From contig SUUZ01000003.1 in assembly GCA_015062235.1 (NCBI GenBank), positions 94,736 to 158,735 of the forward strand: 64,000 nucleotides of DNA. Direction: 5' to 3'. The position numbers were made by a program, and so were the translations under genes. Origin of the DNA: Alphaproteobacteria bacterium (GTDB lineage: Bacteria > Pseudomonadota > Alphaproteobacteria > RF32 > CAG-239). The notes under the pieces were generated by a model that saw only the letters and a program-made list of their open reading frames with translations, was not told the DNA's origin and searched no databases. Positions 31,224-41,739 of this stretch are shown here, piece after piece (within the stretch, counting starts at the first letter, position 1; each line of letters starts with the position of its first letter).

Positions 31224-33485
31224 AACCTCTCGCCTTCCAACATGATCTGCGGCAGAAACTATACCCTCAGCTTCCATTCTATCAACAATAGAAGCGGCTC
31301 TGTTATAACCTATACGCAACCTCCGTTGGACGTAGCTAATAGAAGCCTTTTTATCACTCTGAACTATCTGTACAGCCTGACGATACAAATCTTCATCACC
31401 ACCAGTTGCTCCAAAATCGCCATTATCAAATACTGCTCCTCCAACTGATTTCCCATCTGTAAGTTCTCCTTCTGTAACAGCTTCAACATACTCTGGTTGA
31501 CGTTGCGACTTCAAAAATTCTACTATCTTTTCAACCTCACTATCTTTAACAAAAGGAGCGTGCACACGACGAGGTCTTTGCCCTGCAGGCATATATAGCA
31601 TATCACCCATACCTAACAATTGTTCAGCTCCTTGTTCTCCTAGAATTGTACGGCTATCTATTTTTGATGTAACCTGATAACTTATACGAGTTGGAAAATT
31701 AGCCTTAATAGTACCCGTAATAACATCAACAGAAGGTCTTTGTGTTGACATAATAAGATGAATACCCGCTGCACGAGCCATTTGAGCTAACCTCTGAATA
31801 GCTGCTTCTACATCCTTACCTGCTACCAACATCAAATCAGCCATCTCATCAACGACAATAACAATGTATGGCATAGGAGTTAAATCTAGCTCTTGTTCTT
31901 CATACAAAGGTTTTCCTGTTTCCATATCAAAACCCGTTTGAACTGTTCTCTTAATCTTTTCACCACTAGATCTCAATTCTTCCAAACGCTGATTATATCC
32001 TGTAATATTACGAACATTCAACTGTGCCATAGATCTATAACGATCTTCCATTTCTTTAACAGCCCACTTCAAACCAATAACAGCCTTAGATGGATCTGTA
32101 ATAACTGGAGTCAATAAATGAGGAATACCATTATACATAGTAAACTCAAGCATTTTAGGGTCTATCATGATCAACTTACACTCTTCTGGTTTCATCTTAT
32201 ACAAAAGAGAAATAATCATTGAATTTACACCAACTGACTTACCAGACCCTGTCGTACCTGCAACCAACAAATGAGGCATTTTAGCTAAATCAGCATATGT
32301 ATTTTTACCACCAATATCTTTACCCAAACTAATTGTTAATGCTGATTTTGCACCCCTAAATTCATCATTATCTAACAAATCTCGTAAATAAACAATTTCT
32401 CTAGTAGAATTAGGCATTTCAATGCCTATGGTATTAGATCCTGGAACAACAGCTATACGTACCGAAACAGCACTCATAGAACGAGCAATATCATCAGCCA
32501 AACCAATAACCCTTGCAGTTTTTATACCTGGAGCAGGTTCTAACTCATACAAAGTAACCACTGGACCAGGTCTTATTTGTACAATCTTTCCAGAAACACC
32601 AAATTCTTGCAAAACTTCTTCTAATCTTGCAGCAATTTTTTCTAATTCTTTTTGACTTAAATGCTGAGTGTTTTTATCCTTACCAACCGATAACAATTCA
32701 ATATCAGGAAGCATATATCCATCATCCCTTTTTCCCAAAGGTTTTGCAATTTTAATTGTTTCCTGATTTTTCGCCTCACTCTTTTTGTCTTCTTTAAATT
32801 TTGGTTCTTTTCTTTGACGTGATGACCTCTTGAGCTTTCCTTTATTCTCATGAGCGACAAGCAAATTCCAAACTTTTTTTACACTTATTACCAATAATAA
32901 AACTATTTTTGCCAAAAATAATGCAACTTTTCTTACCAAGTTATACCAACTCATTAATGTTATGCCACAAGCATAATTAAAAGAAATCAACGAAATAAAT
33001 AACAAAACAACCGCTAAAATATATTTATTATAATAAAAACTGTAAAAACGCGTCATCAAGCTCAATAACTGTCGAGCGAAAAATACACCTAAATCCCCAC
33101 CAACATCAAAACGCCCCTCTTTTGTAAAACAAATAGCAAAAAAAACAGATGTACAAAAAACACCCAATAACATCGCAAATATTCTACCATACGAGTGCAT
33201 AAACGTTTTATAGCGAATAATTTCATATCCCCAAACCAATGGAGCTATCAAAAAAATAGGTAAACTAACACCAAACCACCCCAGTATCCAAGAAGAACTA
33301 TAAGCTCCAAAAGCACCAAATATATTGTTAATGGACTTCGATGTAGCAATATTATATCCTGCATCAAAAGGATTATAAGCCAAACAACTTATTATAACAA
33401 CCAAAGTAAATACTAATAAACCACTACCAATTCCTAAAACTGCTAATCTTGCTATTAATGATTTTTCTTTTTTACGTCTAGCCAT
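31218..33485 (-). CDS. ftsK: DNA translocase FtsK
   Basis: N-terminal TM domain, a linker, then a RecA-like motor ('LLVAGTTGSGKSVGVN') and a C-terminal gamma winged-helix domain. Confidence 0.92.
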   Translation of the reverse strand: MARRKKEKSLIARLAVLGIGSGLLVFTLVVIISCLAYNPFDAGYNIATSKSINNIFGAFGAYSSSWILGWFGVSLPIFLIAPLVWGYEIIRYKTFMHSYGRIFAMLLGVFCTSVFFAICFTKEGRFDVGGDLGVFFARQLLSLMTRFYSFYYNKYILAVVLLFISLISFNYACGITLMSWYNLVRKVALFLAKIVLLLVISVKKVWNLLVAHENKGKLKRSSRQRKEPKFKEDKKSEAKNQETIKIAKPLGKRDDGYMLPDIELLSVGKDKNTQHLSQKELEKIAARLEEVLQEFGVSGKIVQIRPGPVVTLYELEPAPGIKTARVIGLADDIARSMSAVSVRIAVVPGSNTIGIEMPNSTREIVYLRDLLDNDEFRGAKSALTISLGKDIGGKNTYADLAKMPHLLVAGTTGSGKSVGVNSMIISLLYKMKPEECKLIMIDPKMLEFTMYNGIPHLLTPVITDPSKAVIGLKWAVKEMEDRYRSMAQLNVRNITGYNQRLEELRSSGEKIKRTVQTGFDMETGKPLYEEQELDLTPMPYIVIVVDEMADLMLVAGKDVEAAIQRLAQMARAAGIHLIMSTQRPSVDVITGTIKANFPTRISYQVTSKIDSRTILGEQGAEQLLGMGDMLYMPAGQRPRRVHAPFVKDSEVEKIVEFLKSQRQPEYVEAVTEGELTDGKSVGGAVFDNGDFGATGGDEDLYRQAVQIVQSDKKASISYVQRRLRIGYNRAASIVDRMEAEGIVSAADHVGRREVL

Positions 33486-33657
33486 TTTTCTTCTTCATAA
33501 CATCTAAAATTACACTACCATATCTAGCAGTATACAAACCAAATTATCAAAAATCCCTTAATGTTTTTAACATTTTATAACTATCTCAAAAAACTTGACT
33601 TTTTTTTACTATTAAATCAATCTCTAAACAGTTTCAATTTAATATAAGGAAAAAAAT

Positions 33658-34395
33658 ATGTTCAGACTAGATGGAAAAGTTGCATTAATCACTGGAGCTG
33701 CTGGTGGATTAGGTGATAAAATAGCTCGTACTCTTCATGCTCAGGGAGCAAAATTGGCTCTTACAGACATGAGAGCCGAGCCAATGGAAAAACTAAAAGC
33801 TGAACTCGGTGGCGACATAGAAATTTTTGTAGCTAACTTGTCTGATTCTGAAGCAATCAAACAATTGGTAGCTGACGTTGAAAATAAATTTGGACAAATT
33901 GATATATTAGTAAATAATGCTGGTTTAACTAGAGACAACTTATTTATGCGTATGAGCGATGAAGAATGGCAACTAGTACTGGATGTAAACCTTTCCGCAG
34001 GATTTAAACTAGCTCGCGGAGTAATTCGCGGCATGATGAAACGCCGCTTCGGACGTATTATAGGTATAGCATCTGTTGTTGGTGTTATGGGTAATCCTGG
34101 GCAAGCAAATTATGCTGCATCAAAAGGTGGTATGATAGCTATGAATAAATGTTTGGCTCAGGAAGTAGCTTCTCGCGGAATTACAGTAAATTCTATTGCT
34201 CCTGGCTTCATACGAACACCTATGACAGATGTTCTTCCTGATGATGTAAAGTCAGCTCTTTTAGCTAAAATACCAGAAGGCAAACTTGGTGAAGCTCAAG
34301 ACATCGCTAATGTTGTAGCTTTTCTTGCTTCTGACGAATCTCAATACATTACTGGCCAAACAATTAATATCAATGGCGGAATGGCAATGATATAA
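33658..34395 (+). CDS. fabG: 3-oxoacyl-[ACP] reductase
   Basis: 'GKVALITGAAGGLG…NAG…YAASKGG' SDR signature with FabG-like spacing. Confidence 0.88.
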   Translation: MFRLDGKVALITGAAGGLGDKIARTLHAQGAKLALTDMRAEPMEKLKAELGGDIEIFVANLSDSEAIKQLVADVENKFGQIDILVNNAGLTRDNLFMRMSDEEWQLVLDVNLSAGFKLARGVIRGMMKRRFGRIIGIASVVGVMGNPGQANYAASKGGMIAMNKCLAQEVASRGITVNSIAPGFIRTPMTDVLPDDVKSALLAKIPEGKLGEAQDIANVVAFLASDESQYITGQTININGGMAMI

Positions 34396-34409
34396 ATACC
34401 AAGCACAAA

Positions 34410-34450
34410 AAAAGACTTTCTGTCATAATAGAACAGAAAGTCTTTTTTTG
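34410..34450 (+). terminator. Terminator after fabG
   Basis: AAAGACTTTCTGT-cataatagaa-CAGAAAGTCTTTTTTTG. Confidence 0.7.
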
Positions 34451-34470
34451 TACAATCATTTCACAAATTA

Positions 34471-34830
34471 CTACAATTGAAAATTGCTTCCAATAATCTT
34501 TGTAACCGTACTGTTGCCGTAAGATATTCTTCTATATGCGTGCTGACGACCATCTACCGTTACGAACTGCACCTCACGACCATAAACAACAGCATTTTCA
34601 TTGATTTTAAAGAATTCAGGCCAACGAAAATTCAAAAAAATAACTTTTTTAAACTCTGTAGCTACCTTCTCATCTTCAACCTCAAACAAAAAAAAGATTT
34701 CTTCACTCGAAGTAAAAAATGGTTTACCATTCGTAGCAATCCTCTGCTCTTTATAAAAAAGCACCCCATCTCTTATCGCAAAATCACCCTGGGCAATATC
34801 GCGAAGTTCCATATAAACAGATTGTTTCAT
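34471..34830 (-). CDS. Hypothetical protein (119 aa)
   Basis: The minus-strand frame has more protein-like composition than the overlapping plus-strand ORF. No domain assigned. Confidence 0.35.
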   Translation of the reverse strand: MKQSVYMELRDIAQGDFAIRDGVLFYKEQRIATNGKPFFTSSEEIFFLFEVEDEKVATEFKKVIFLNFRWPEFFKINENAVVYGREVQFVTVDGRQHAYRRISYGNSTVTKIIGSNFQL

Positions 34831-34951
34831 AAAATGTAAATAAAATTTATAATTGGTTATATTATAGTCATAATCTTAAATAAAGTATCTTAAGATTAGT
34901 GCGTCACTATATTAAAATCAAAACGTTTACTAAAGTTTTCTACAGATAATT

Positions 34952-35332
34952 CTACTTCAAGTCTTGAGCTACATGAGGATCGTGTAGTAATTTTTCTATT
35001 CTATCAACTTCTTCAAAACTTTTATCAACCCTAAAATTAATTTCTGGAACATAACGAAGAGCCGTTTTATTTGCTACTTGTTTTCTAAAATAGTTTGCAG
35101 CCAACTGCAATCCTCCCAAAACCTCTTGTAAATAATCTCCATTTGACGTAATAAAGTATACTGTACAATACTTCAAATCTGGCGATACTGTAACTTTTGT
35201 AATTGTTACCAAAGTTGCGATTCCATCCAGATTGCGTACTTCTCCTCTGTCTATAAATTGAGCTATAATTTTCTTAATTTCTTGCGCCACTCTCAATTGT
35301 CGTTGTGAAGGCTCTTTTTCTGACATAATCAA
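34952..35332 (-). CDS. rbfA: Ribosome-binding factor A
   Basis: 'RVAQEIKKIIAQFI…LVTITKVTVSPDLKYCTVYF' KH-like fold signature. Confidence 0.85.
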   Translation of the reverse strand: MIMSEKEPSQRQLRVAQEIKKIIAQFIDRGEVRNLDGIATLVTITKVTVSPDLKYCTVYFITSNGDYLQEVLGGLQLAANYFRKQVANKTALRYVPEINFRVDKSFEEVDRIEKLLHDPHVAQDLK

Positions 35333-35447
35333 TCTCCTAAAAAACTAATATCTACAGAATAATTACAAAACACTATTTTGGCAAGAGTTTTATGCTTATT
35401 GACTTATAGCAAAAAATCCCATATCACAAAAATATAAGGAGAAAAAG

Positions 35448-36356
35448 ATGAAACATTCAAAGGGCGACAACCTGAATGGCTGGCTTATAATAGACAAACC
35501 AGAAGGTATAAATTCGACTACTATTGTTAACCAAACAAGACACCTTCTAAATGCAAAGAAGAATGGACACACAGGGACTCTTGACCCTTTTGCATCAGGA
35601 GTACTCCCAATAGCTTTTGGTGAAGCCACGAAACTAATATCATATGTAATGGATGGCGACAAGGAATATGAATTCACTTTACAATTTGGATCAACAACTG
35701 ATACTCTGGATCCTACAGGTTCCGTAACATCAACCTGCACTCGTATACCAACCCAACAGGAAATCATAGATATTATCCCTAAATTTATAGGAACAGTCAA
35801 CCAAGTTCCCCCCATATATTCAGCTATAAAAATAAATGGAAAAAGGGCTTATGATCTAGCTCGCAATAAAAAACATTTTATTATGCCGTCTCGAACAATT
35901 AAAATACACCGACTCGATGTCATAGATTTTCCATCGACAACATCTGCCCGATTCTTTGTATCATGCTCCAAAGGAACTTATATTAGAACTTTAGGTGCCG
36001 ACATTGCAAAAAGCCTAGATTCTCTAGGATATTTAAGCAGTTTACGAAGAACAAAATGTGCTAACTTTAATCTATCTAATACGATTTTACTGGAAAATTT
36101 AAAAAATATAGAGTACATTGGCGAACGCCAAAAGAAATTACTTCCTCTATTGACATCACTGTGCGACATCACGGTAATCGCCGTAAAGGAAGAAGATGCT
36201 AGCAAACTTAAACAAGGTCAACGGATTTCTCCACGAAGCTACAATATAAGCAATCTAATAGGGGAAGATGTTGCGGCTACCTTAAACGACGAGCTAGTAG
36301 CATTGGTACGGATTGAAGAAAATAGAATTTCTCCTATCCGTGTGTTTAATCTTTAA
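35448..36356 (+). CDS. truB: tRNA pseudouridine(55) synthase
   Basis: 'GWLIIDKPEGINST…HTGTLDPFASGVLPIAFGEATK' with the catalytic Asp motif. Confidence 0.92.
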   Translation: MKHSKGDNLNGWLIIDKPEGINSTTIVNQTRHLLNAKKNGHTGTLDPFASGVLPIAFGEATKLISYVMDGDKEYEFTLQFGSTTDTLDPTGSVTSTCTRIPTQQEIIDIIPKFIGTVNQVPPIYSAIKINGKRAYDLARNKKHFIMPSRTIKIHRLDVIDFPSTTSARFFVSCSKGTYIRTLGADIAKSLDSLGYLSSLRRTKCANFNLSNTILLENLKNIEYIGERQKKLLPLLTSLCDITVIAVKEEDASKLKQGQRISPRSYNISNLIGEDVAATLNDELVALVRIEENRISPIRVFNL

Positions 36357-36375
36357 TTAAAGTAAGGAAAAACTG

Positions 36376-36630
36376 ATGTCGAAACAAGAATTAATTAAAT
36401 CTTATGGTTTAAACCCAAATGATACAGGATCTCCAGAAGTTCAAATTGCTATTTGGACAGCTGAGATCAATAATTTAATTGAGCACTTCAAAGTTCATGC
36501 TAAAGATAATCATTCACGTTTAGGATTAATGAAGAAAGTTGCTCGTCGTCGTCACATGCTTGACTATCTAAAGTCTAAAGACGAAAGCAGATATCAAAAT
36601 ATTATCGCCAAATTAAATATCAGACGATAA
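36376..36630 (+). CDS. rpsO: 30S ribosomal protein S15
   Basis: 84 aa; '[34 protein letters not shown]'. Confidence 0.95.
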   Translation: MSKQELIKSYGLNPNDTGSPEVQIAIWTAEINNLIEHFKVHAKDNHSRLGLMKKVARRRHMLDYLKSKDESRYQNIIAKLNIRR

Positions 36631-36641
36631 TAACATTTATA

Positions 36642-36670
36642 GGTTGCGGGGCTTTAAAAGCTCCGCAACC
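36642..36670 (+). promoter_or_regulatory. rpsO-pnp intergenic stem-loop (terminator/attenuator and likely RNase III processing site)
   Basis: GGTTGCGGGGC-tttaaaa-GCTCCGCAACC hairpin between rpsO and pnp. The arrangement is analogous to the well-known pnp leader hairpin. Confidence 0.55.
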
Positions 36671-36732
36671 TGTTTGATAAATCCTGCATAGGGCAGGTAG
36701 AGGTTATATATGGAAATGAAAGGTAAAGAAAT

Positions 36733-38853
36733 ATGATTGAATTTAATGAAATCCGCAAAGAAATGATGTGGGGCGGACGCAAACTTATTTTAGAAACAGG
36801 AAAAATTTCGAGACAAGCTGCTGGTTCAGTAATTGTCACCTATGGAGAAACAATAGTTCATGGTACAGTTTGTGCTGCAAAAGAGGTAAAGGCAGATCAA
36901 GATTTCTTTCCTTTGACCGTAAACTATCAAGAAAAATACTATGCTTCTGGAAAAATTCCTGGTGGCTTTATGAAAAGAGAAGGCAAACCTTCTGAACGCG
37001 AAGTTCTTATTTCTCGTCTTATTGACAGACCTATTCGTCCTCTTTTCCCTGACGCATTCAAAAATGAAGTTCAAGTAATTTGTACTGTTTTGGCTCATGA
37101 CAAACAGACCGATTCTGATGTCGTTGCTATGATTGCCGCTTCTGCAGCTTTAGCTGTTTCTGGCATCCCATTTTTGGGTCCAATTGGTGCTGCCAAAGTT
37201 GGTTATAAAGATGGTGAATATATCCTAAACCCAACAATGGAGCAACAACCATTGTCAGAATTAGAATTGGCCGTCGCTGGTACTAATGAGGGCGTTCTAA
37301 TGGTTGAATCCGAAGCAAATGAGCTTTCAGAAGAAACAATGCTCGGTGCTGTAATGTTCGGTTTTGAAAGCTTCCAACCAGTTATTGAGTTAATTAACGA
37401 GCTCAAAGCTGAAGCAGGTAAAGAAGCTTGGGAAACCCCTGTTTTTCCAGCAGAATTTAACGAATTATATACTCGCGTAGAAAGAGATTTTGAATCAAAA
37501 TATACCAAAGCTTTTGAAGAAACAAATAAACTCGCTCGTGGTACTTTAGTAGGGCAAGTTTCTGAAGAAGTCCGTTCAACAATAGATCCTGAAAACGAGA
37601 TTGAAAACCGCTACATTCTGGATGTTATCGAAAAATTAATGCACAAAGTTGTCCGTGAAAAAGTTTTAACAACTGGTCGTCGTATTGATGGGCGCGATAC
37701 TAAAACCGTTCGTCCAATCCAATGCCAAGTGGATGTATTGCCTACAACTCATGGCTCAGCTTTGTTTACTCGTGGCGAAACTCAAGCGCTTGTTGTAACA
37801 ACTTTGGGAACAGGTGAGGATGCACAAATAATTGATGGACTTTTTGATGAAACAAAACAAGATTTTATGCTAAATTATAATTTTCCGCCATTTTCAGTTG
37901 GTGAATGTGGGCGTATAGGCTCCCCTGGTCGTCGTGAAATAGGTCATGGCAAACTGGCTTGGAGAGCTATTCACCCTATGTTACCTCAAGACAAAGATTC
38001 CTTCCCTTATACAATCCGTGTTGTATCTGAAATTATGGAATCAAATGGATCCTCTTCTATGGCCACAGTATGCGGTACAACAATGTCATTAATGGCAGCT
38101 GGTGTGCCTATGCGTAAACCTGTCGCAGGTATAGCTATGGGGCTAATTAAGGAGGATGATGGTCGCGTAGCCATTCTTACTGACATTCTTGGCGATGAAG
38201 ACCATCTCGGAGATATGGATTTTAAAGTAGCTGGTACAAAAGACGGTGTAACTGCGCTCCAAATGGATATTAAGATTACTTCAATCACTAAGGAAATTAT
38301 GGAAAAAGCCCTTCATCAAGCCCATGAAGGACGCATTCATATTCTTGGCGAAATGGCTAAAGCAATTTCAGAACCTCGTCCAAATGTTTCCGATAAAGCT
38401 CCTCGTATTGTTGCAATCAAAATACCCGTTGACAAAATACGTGAAGTTATTGGAACAGGAGGAAAAGTTATCCGTGAAATCGTAGAAACAACACATACTA
38501 AAATTGATATTACTGATGATGGTGTTGTTAAAATTGCATCACTAAAAAAAGAAGATGGTGATGCTGCTCTAAACTGGATTATGGGAATTGTTGCAGAACC
38601 AGAAATGGGTAAAATATACCATGGCACTATAACTAAAATAATGGATTTTGGTGCTTTTGTCCGTTTCCTTGGCACTACTGAAGGTCTGGTTCATATTTCT
38701 GAAGTAAAAAATGAGCGCATTGCTTCTGTTTCTGACTTTTACAAGGAAGGAGATCAAATTTGGGTTAAATGCCTTGGTGCTGATAATCGTGGAAAAATCA
38801 AATTATCAGCTAAACGAGTAAATCAAGAAACGGGTGAAGATCTTGAGCATTAA
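36733..38853 (+). CDS. pnp: Polyribonucleotide nucleotidyltransferase (PNPase)
   Basis: Two RNase PH domains plus KH and S1 domains; 706 aa. Confidence 0.96.
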   Translation: MIEFNEIRKEMMWGGRKLILETGKISRQAAGSVIVTYGETIVHGTVCAAKEVKADQDFFPLTVNYQEKYYASGKIPGGFMKREGKPSEREVLISRLIDRPIRPLFPDAFKNEVQVICTVLAHDKQTDSDVVAMIAASAALAVSGIPFLGPIGAAKVGYKDGEYILNPTMEQQPLSELELAVAGTNEGVLMVESEANELSEETMLGAVMFGFESFQPVIELINELKAEAGKEAWETPVFPAEFNELYTRVERDFESKYTKAFEETNKLARGTLVGQVSEEVRSTIDPENEIENRYILDVIEKLMHKVVREKVLTTGRRIDGRDTKTVRPIQCQVDVLPTTHGSALFTRGETQALVVTTLGTGEDAQIIDGLFDETKQDFMLNYNFPPFSVGECGRIGSPGRREIGHGKLAWRAIHPMLPQDKDSFPYTIRVVSEIMESNGSSSMATVCGTTMSLMAAGVPMRKPVAGIAMGLIKEDDGRVAILTDILGDEDHLGDMDFKVAGTKDGVTALQMDIKITSITKEIMEKALHQAHEGRIHILGEMAKAISEPRPNVSDKAPRIVAIKIPVDKIREVIGTGGKVIREIVETTHTKIDITDDGVVKIASLKKEDGDAALNWIMGIVAEPEMGKIYHGTITKIMDFGAFVRFLGTTEGLVHISEVKNERIASVSDFYKEGDQIWVKCLGADNRGKIKLSAKRVNQETGEDLEH

Positions 38854-38862
38854 TTCGTCATT

Positions 38863-38905
38863 CCAAACACCTCGCTGAGTTCAGCGGGGTGTTTTTGATA
38901 AAAAA
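38863..38905 (+). terminator. Terminator after pnp
   Basis: ACACCTCGCTGA-gtt-CAGCGGGGTGTTTTTG. Confidence 0.65.
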
Positions 38906-39027
38906 TCACAAAATAGTAAAAAAACACTAGCTTTTTTTTTTTTTTATGATATATGTGAAGCATATTAGATGTGGATATAATGAAGTGGAGCCCAAAGCTC
39001 CGCTTTTTGTTTAGGAGATTTAGTATA

Positions 39028-39525
39028 ATGCAAAAAAAGCATCCGATTTATGATATGGTTGCTCCTACCATTGAAAATATGGGTTTTGAAGTAGTTAGAA
39101 TTATGACAACAGGAGCTCAAAGAGTAACTCTTCAAATTATGATAGAACGTCAAGATCGTAAAAATTTGGTCGTTGACGACTGCGCTGCTGTAAGTCGAGC
39201 TATTTCTGCAATTTTGGATGAGAAAGATCCCATTGATGGCGAATATTCACTTGAAGTTAGCTCTCCTGGTGTTGATCGCCCCCTTACAAAACCTGAACAT
39301 TTTTCACGTTTTGTTGGATATGAAACAAAAATCGAAACAGATGAAGCTGTTGATGGTCGCAAAAGATTTAAAGGAAAAATTGTTTCAGTAAAAGAAAATA
39401 ACATTATAAACTTTGTGATGGATAACAAAGAATATAACATTCCTTTTGACGTAATCACAAAAGCTAAATTAGTATTAACTGATGAACTTTGGGAAGAGTT
39501 TATCAGTAATCAAGAAAAACTATAA
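39028..39525 (+). CDS. rimP: Ribosome maturation factor RimP
   Basis: MQKKHPIYDMVAPTIENMGFEVV… ATG at 39028 follows GGAG and is preferred over the upstream frame start. Confidence 0.85.
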   Translation: MQKKHPIYDMVAPTIENMGFEVVRIMTTGAQRVTLQIMIERQDRKNLVVDDCAAVSRAISAILDEKDPIDGEYSLEVSSPGVDRPLTKPEHFSRFVGYETKIETDEAVDGRKRFKGKIVSVKENNIINFVMDNKEYNIPFDVITKAKLVLTDELWEEFISNQEKL

Positions 39526-39561
39526 TTTGTACCAACCTTATTAAATATAATAGAGGAAAAT

Positions 39562-41079
39562 ATGCAAACACAAGAAAATATGCCTAGACCAGAAATTATT
39601 TTAGTTGCAGATACTGTAGCTAGAGAAAAAAACATAGATAAGGAAGATGTTCTAGAAGCTATGGAGATAGCTATTCAAAAATCTGCCCGCTCTAAATATG
39701 GCGTTGAACACGACATTAGAGCTCATATTGATAGAAAAACAGGGGCTATATCTTTAGCTCGCTATCGTGAGGTTGTTGCTGATGAAGATAGTATTGAAAA
39801 CGAAACAACACAACTAACTTTAGATGAAGCAGAAGCTTATAATCCAAGTATTAAAGTTGGTGAATTCATCGTAGATGCTCTCCCTCCGATTGATTTTGGT
39901 CGTATTGCCGCTCAAACAGCTAAACAAGTTATTGTTCAAAAAGTTCGTGATGCGGAACGTAATAAACAATTTGAAGAATATAAAGAAAAAATTGGTACAA
40001 TTATAAATGGAACAGTTAAAAGAGTTGAGTTCAATAGTGTTACTATTGACATGGGAAAAACCGAAGCTGTTTTACGTAGAGAAGAAATAATACCTAGGGA
40101 AAAATTTAAGGTCGGTGACCGTATTAGAGCTTATGTATTAGATGTTCGTCGTGAAAACAAAGGGCCTCAAATTTTCCTATCTCGTACCTGCCCTGAGTTT
40201 TTAGCTAAATTATTTACATCAGAAGTCCCTGAAATATATGATGGTATAGTTCAAATTGTTGGAGTTGCTCGAGACCCTGGTTCAAAGGCTAAAATTGCTG
40301 TAAAAACAGATGACGTTACTGTTGATGCTGTTGGCGCTTGCGTCGGTCTTCGAGGTATTAGAGTTCAGGCCGTTGTTAACGAACTCCAAGGAGAGAAAAT
40401 TGACATCGTTCCTTATTCAGACGATAGAGCTCAATACATGGTTAGCGCTTTAGCTCCAGCAGAAGTTACAAAAGTTGTTATTGACGAAGAAAATAATCGC
40501 ATTGAAGCTGTTGTACCAGAAGAACAGTTTTCGATTGCAATTGGTCGCCGTGGACAAAACGTTAAACTTGCATCTCTTCTTTTAGGATGTGATATTGATG
40601 TATTGACCGAAGAACAAGAACAAGAACGTCGTTCAAATGAAAACAAAGTTCGTTCTCAAAGATTTATAGAAGCATTAGATGTTGATGAAATGATTGCTCA
40701 TTTGCTCATTGCAGAAGGTTTTTCTAATATTGACGAAGTAGCTTTAGTAAGTCTAGAGGAATTAGCAGAAATTGAAGGATTTGATGAGGAGGTTGCTCAG
40801 GAATTACAATCTCGCGCCAAAGAATATGTAGAAAAACGCAACAAAGAATTTGCTGAAAAAAGTAAAACTCTAGGTATAGATGAAAAACTACAAGCAATCG
40901 AAGGTCTCGATAAAGATATGCTTCTAGCTCTTGCGAACAATAATATTCGTACAGTTGACGACCTTGGCGATTTAGCAACAGATGAACTAATTGAGATATT
41001 GGGTGAAGATACTCTTTCAACTAAAGAAGCAGAAAAAGTTATTATGTCTGCTAGAGCTCATTGGTTCGAAGAAGAATAA
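39562..41079 (+). CDS. nusA: Transcription termination/antitermination factor NusA
   Basis: S1 domain, two KH domains and C-terminal acidic repeats; 505 aa. Confidence 0.95.
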   Translation: MQTQENMPRPEIILVADTVAREKNIDKEDVLEAMEIAIQKSARSKYGVEHDIRAHIDRKTGAISLARYREVVADEDSIENETTQLTLDEAEAYNPSIKVGEFIVDALPPIDFGRIAAQTAKQVIVQKVRDAERNKQFEEYKEKIGTIINGTVKRVEFNSVTIDMGKTEAVLRREEIIPREKFKVGDRIRAYVLDVRRENKGPQIFLSRTCPEFLAKLFTSEVPEIYDGIVQIVGVARDPGSKAKIAVKTDDVTVDAVGACVGLRGIRVQAVVNELQGEKIDIVPYSDDRAQYMVSALAPAEVTKVVIDEENNRIEAVVPEEQFSIAIGRRGQNVKLASLLLGCDIDVLTEEQEQERRSNENKVRSQRFIEALDVDEMIAHLLIAEGFSNIDEVALVSLEELAEIEGFDEEVAQELQSRAKEYVEKRNKEFAEKSKTLGIDEKLQAIEGLDKDMLLALANNNIRTVDDLGDLATDELIEILGEDTLSTKEAEKVIMSARAHWFEEE

Positions 41080-41141
41080 CAATCATTATTTCTTATCCTA
41101 GATAACTATCAGGTTATCTAGGGTAAGAAAAGGTAGAGATC

Positions 41142-41711
41142 ATGCAAAAAGAAACAACTCGTAAATGTATTGTAACAGGACAAATTTTAGATAAATCGGC
41201 TTTGTTGCGTTTTACTACATTGCCCGACAATACCGTTGTTCCCGATTTTAAAAAAAAGCTACCAAACAAAGGAATTTATGTAACCAACTCTAAGTCTTTG
41301 CTAGAAAAAGCTGTTAATACCAATATGTTTGCCAAATCATTAAAAATTAAAGCAAAAGCAACCTTAGCGCTGGTTGATCAAGTATCTTTCTTACTTTACA
41401 AACAGGCTCTAAATTCTATATCACTAGCTCGTAAAGCTGGAGCTATGGTTAGTGGTATGGATAAAGTAAAAGAAGCTTTAAAAAAAAATAGCGTTGCTTT
41501 TCTTTTAGAAGCAAGTGACGCAGGAAATGATGGACATAGTAAAATTGTATCTATGGCTCAACATGTTGAAATTTTTAATTTGTTTACAATTGAGGAGTTA
41601 GACAAAGAATTAGCAAAAGAAAACACAGTTCATATCGCTTTTATCAAAGGTAAAATGGCTAATACGGTAAAAGAAAGTTTTAAACGTCTAGCCTCATTCA
41701 TAAACAACTAA
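41142..41711 (+). CDS. ylxR: YlxR (DUF448)/ribosomal L7Ae-like fusion protein
   Basis: 'RKCIVTGQILDKSALLRF' is a YlxR motif, followed by an L7Ae-like C-terminal half. The nusA-infB location is typical. Confidence 0.75.
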   Translation: MQKETTRKCIVTGQILDKSALLRFTTLPDNTVVPDFKKKLPNKGIYVTNSKSLLEKAVNTNMFAKSLKIKAKATLALVDQVSFLLYKQALNSISLARKAGAMVSGMDKVKEALKKNSVAFLLEASDAGNDGHSKIVSMAQHVEIFNLFTIEELDKELAKENTVHIAFIKGKMANTVKESFKRLASFINN

Positions 41712-41739
41712 AGTTTTATAAAAAACGGAGAAATAATAT

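Noticed and set aside
34477-34839. 120-aa plus-strand ORF overlapping the 34471-34830 minus-strand ORF
   Set aside because: The plus-strand translation is Ile/Lys/Phe-rich and low complexity. The minus-strand frame looks more protein-like, though it is itself low confidence.
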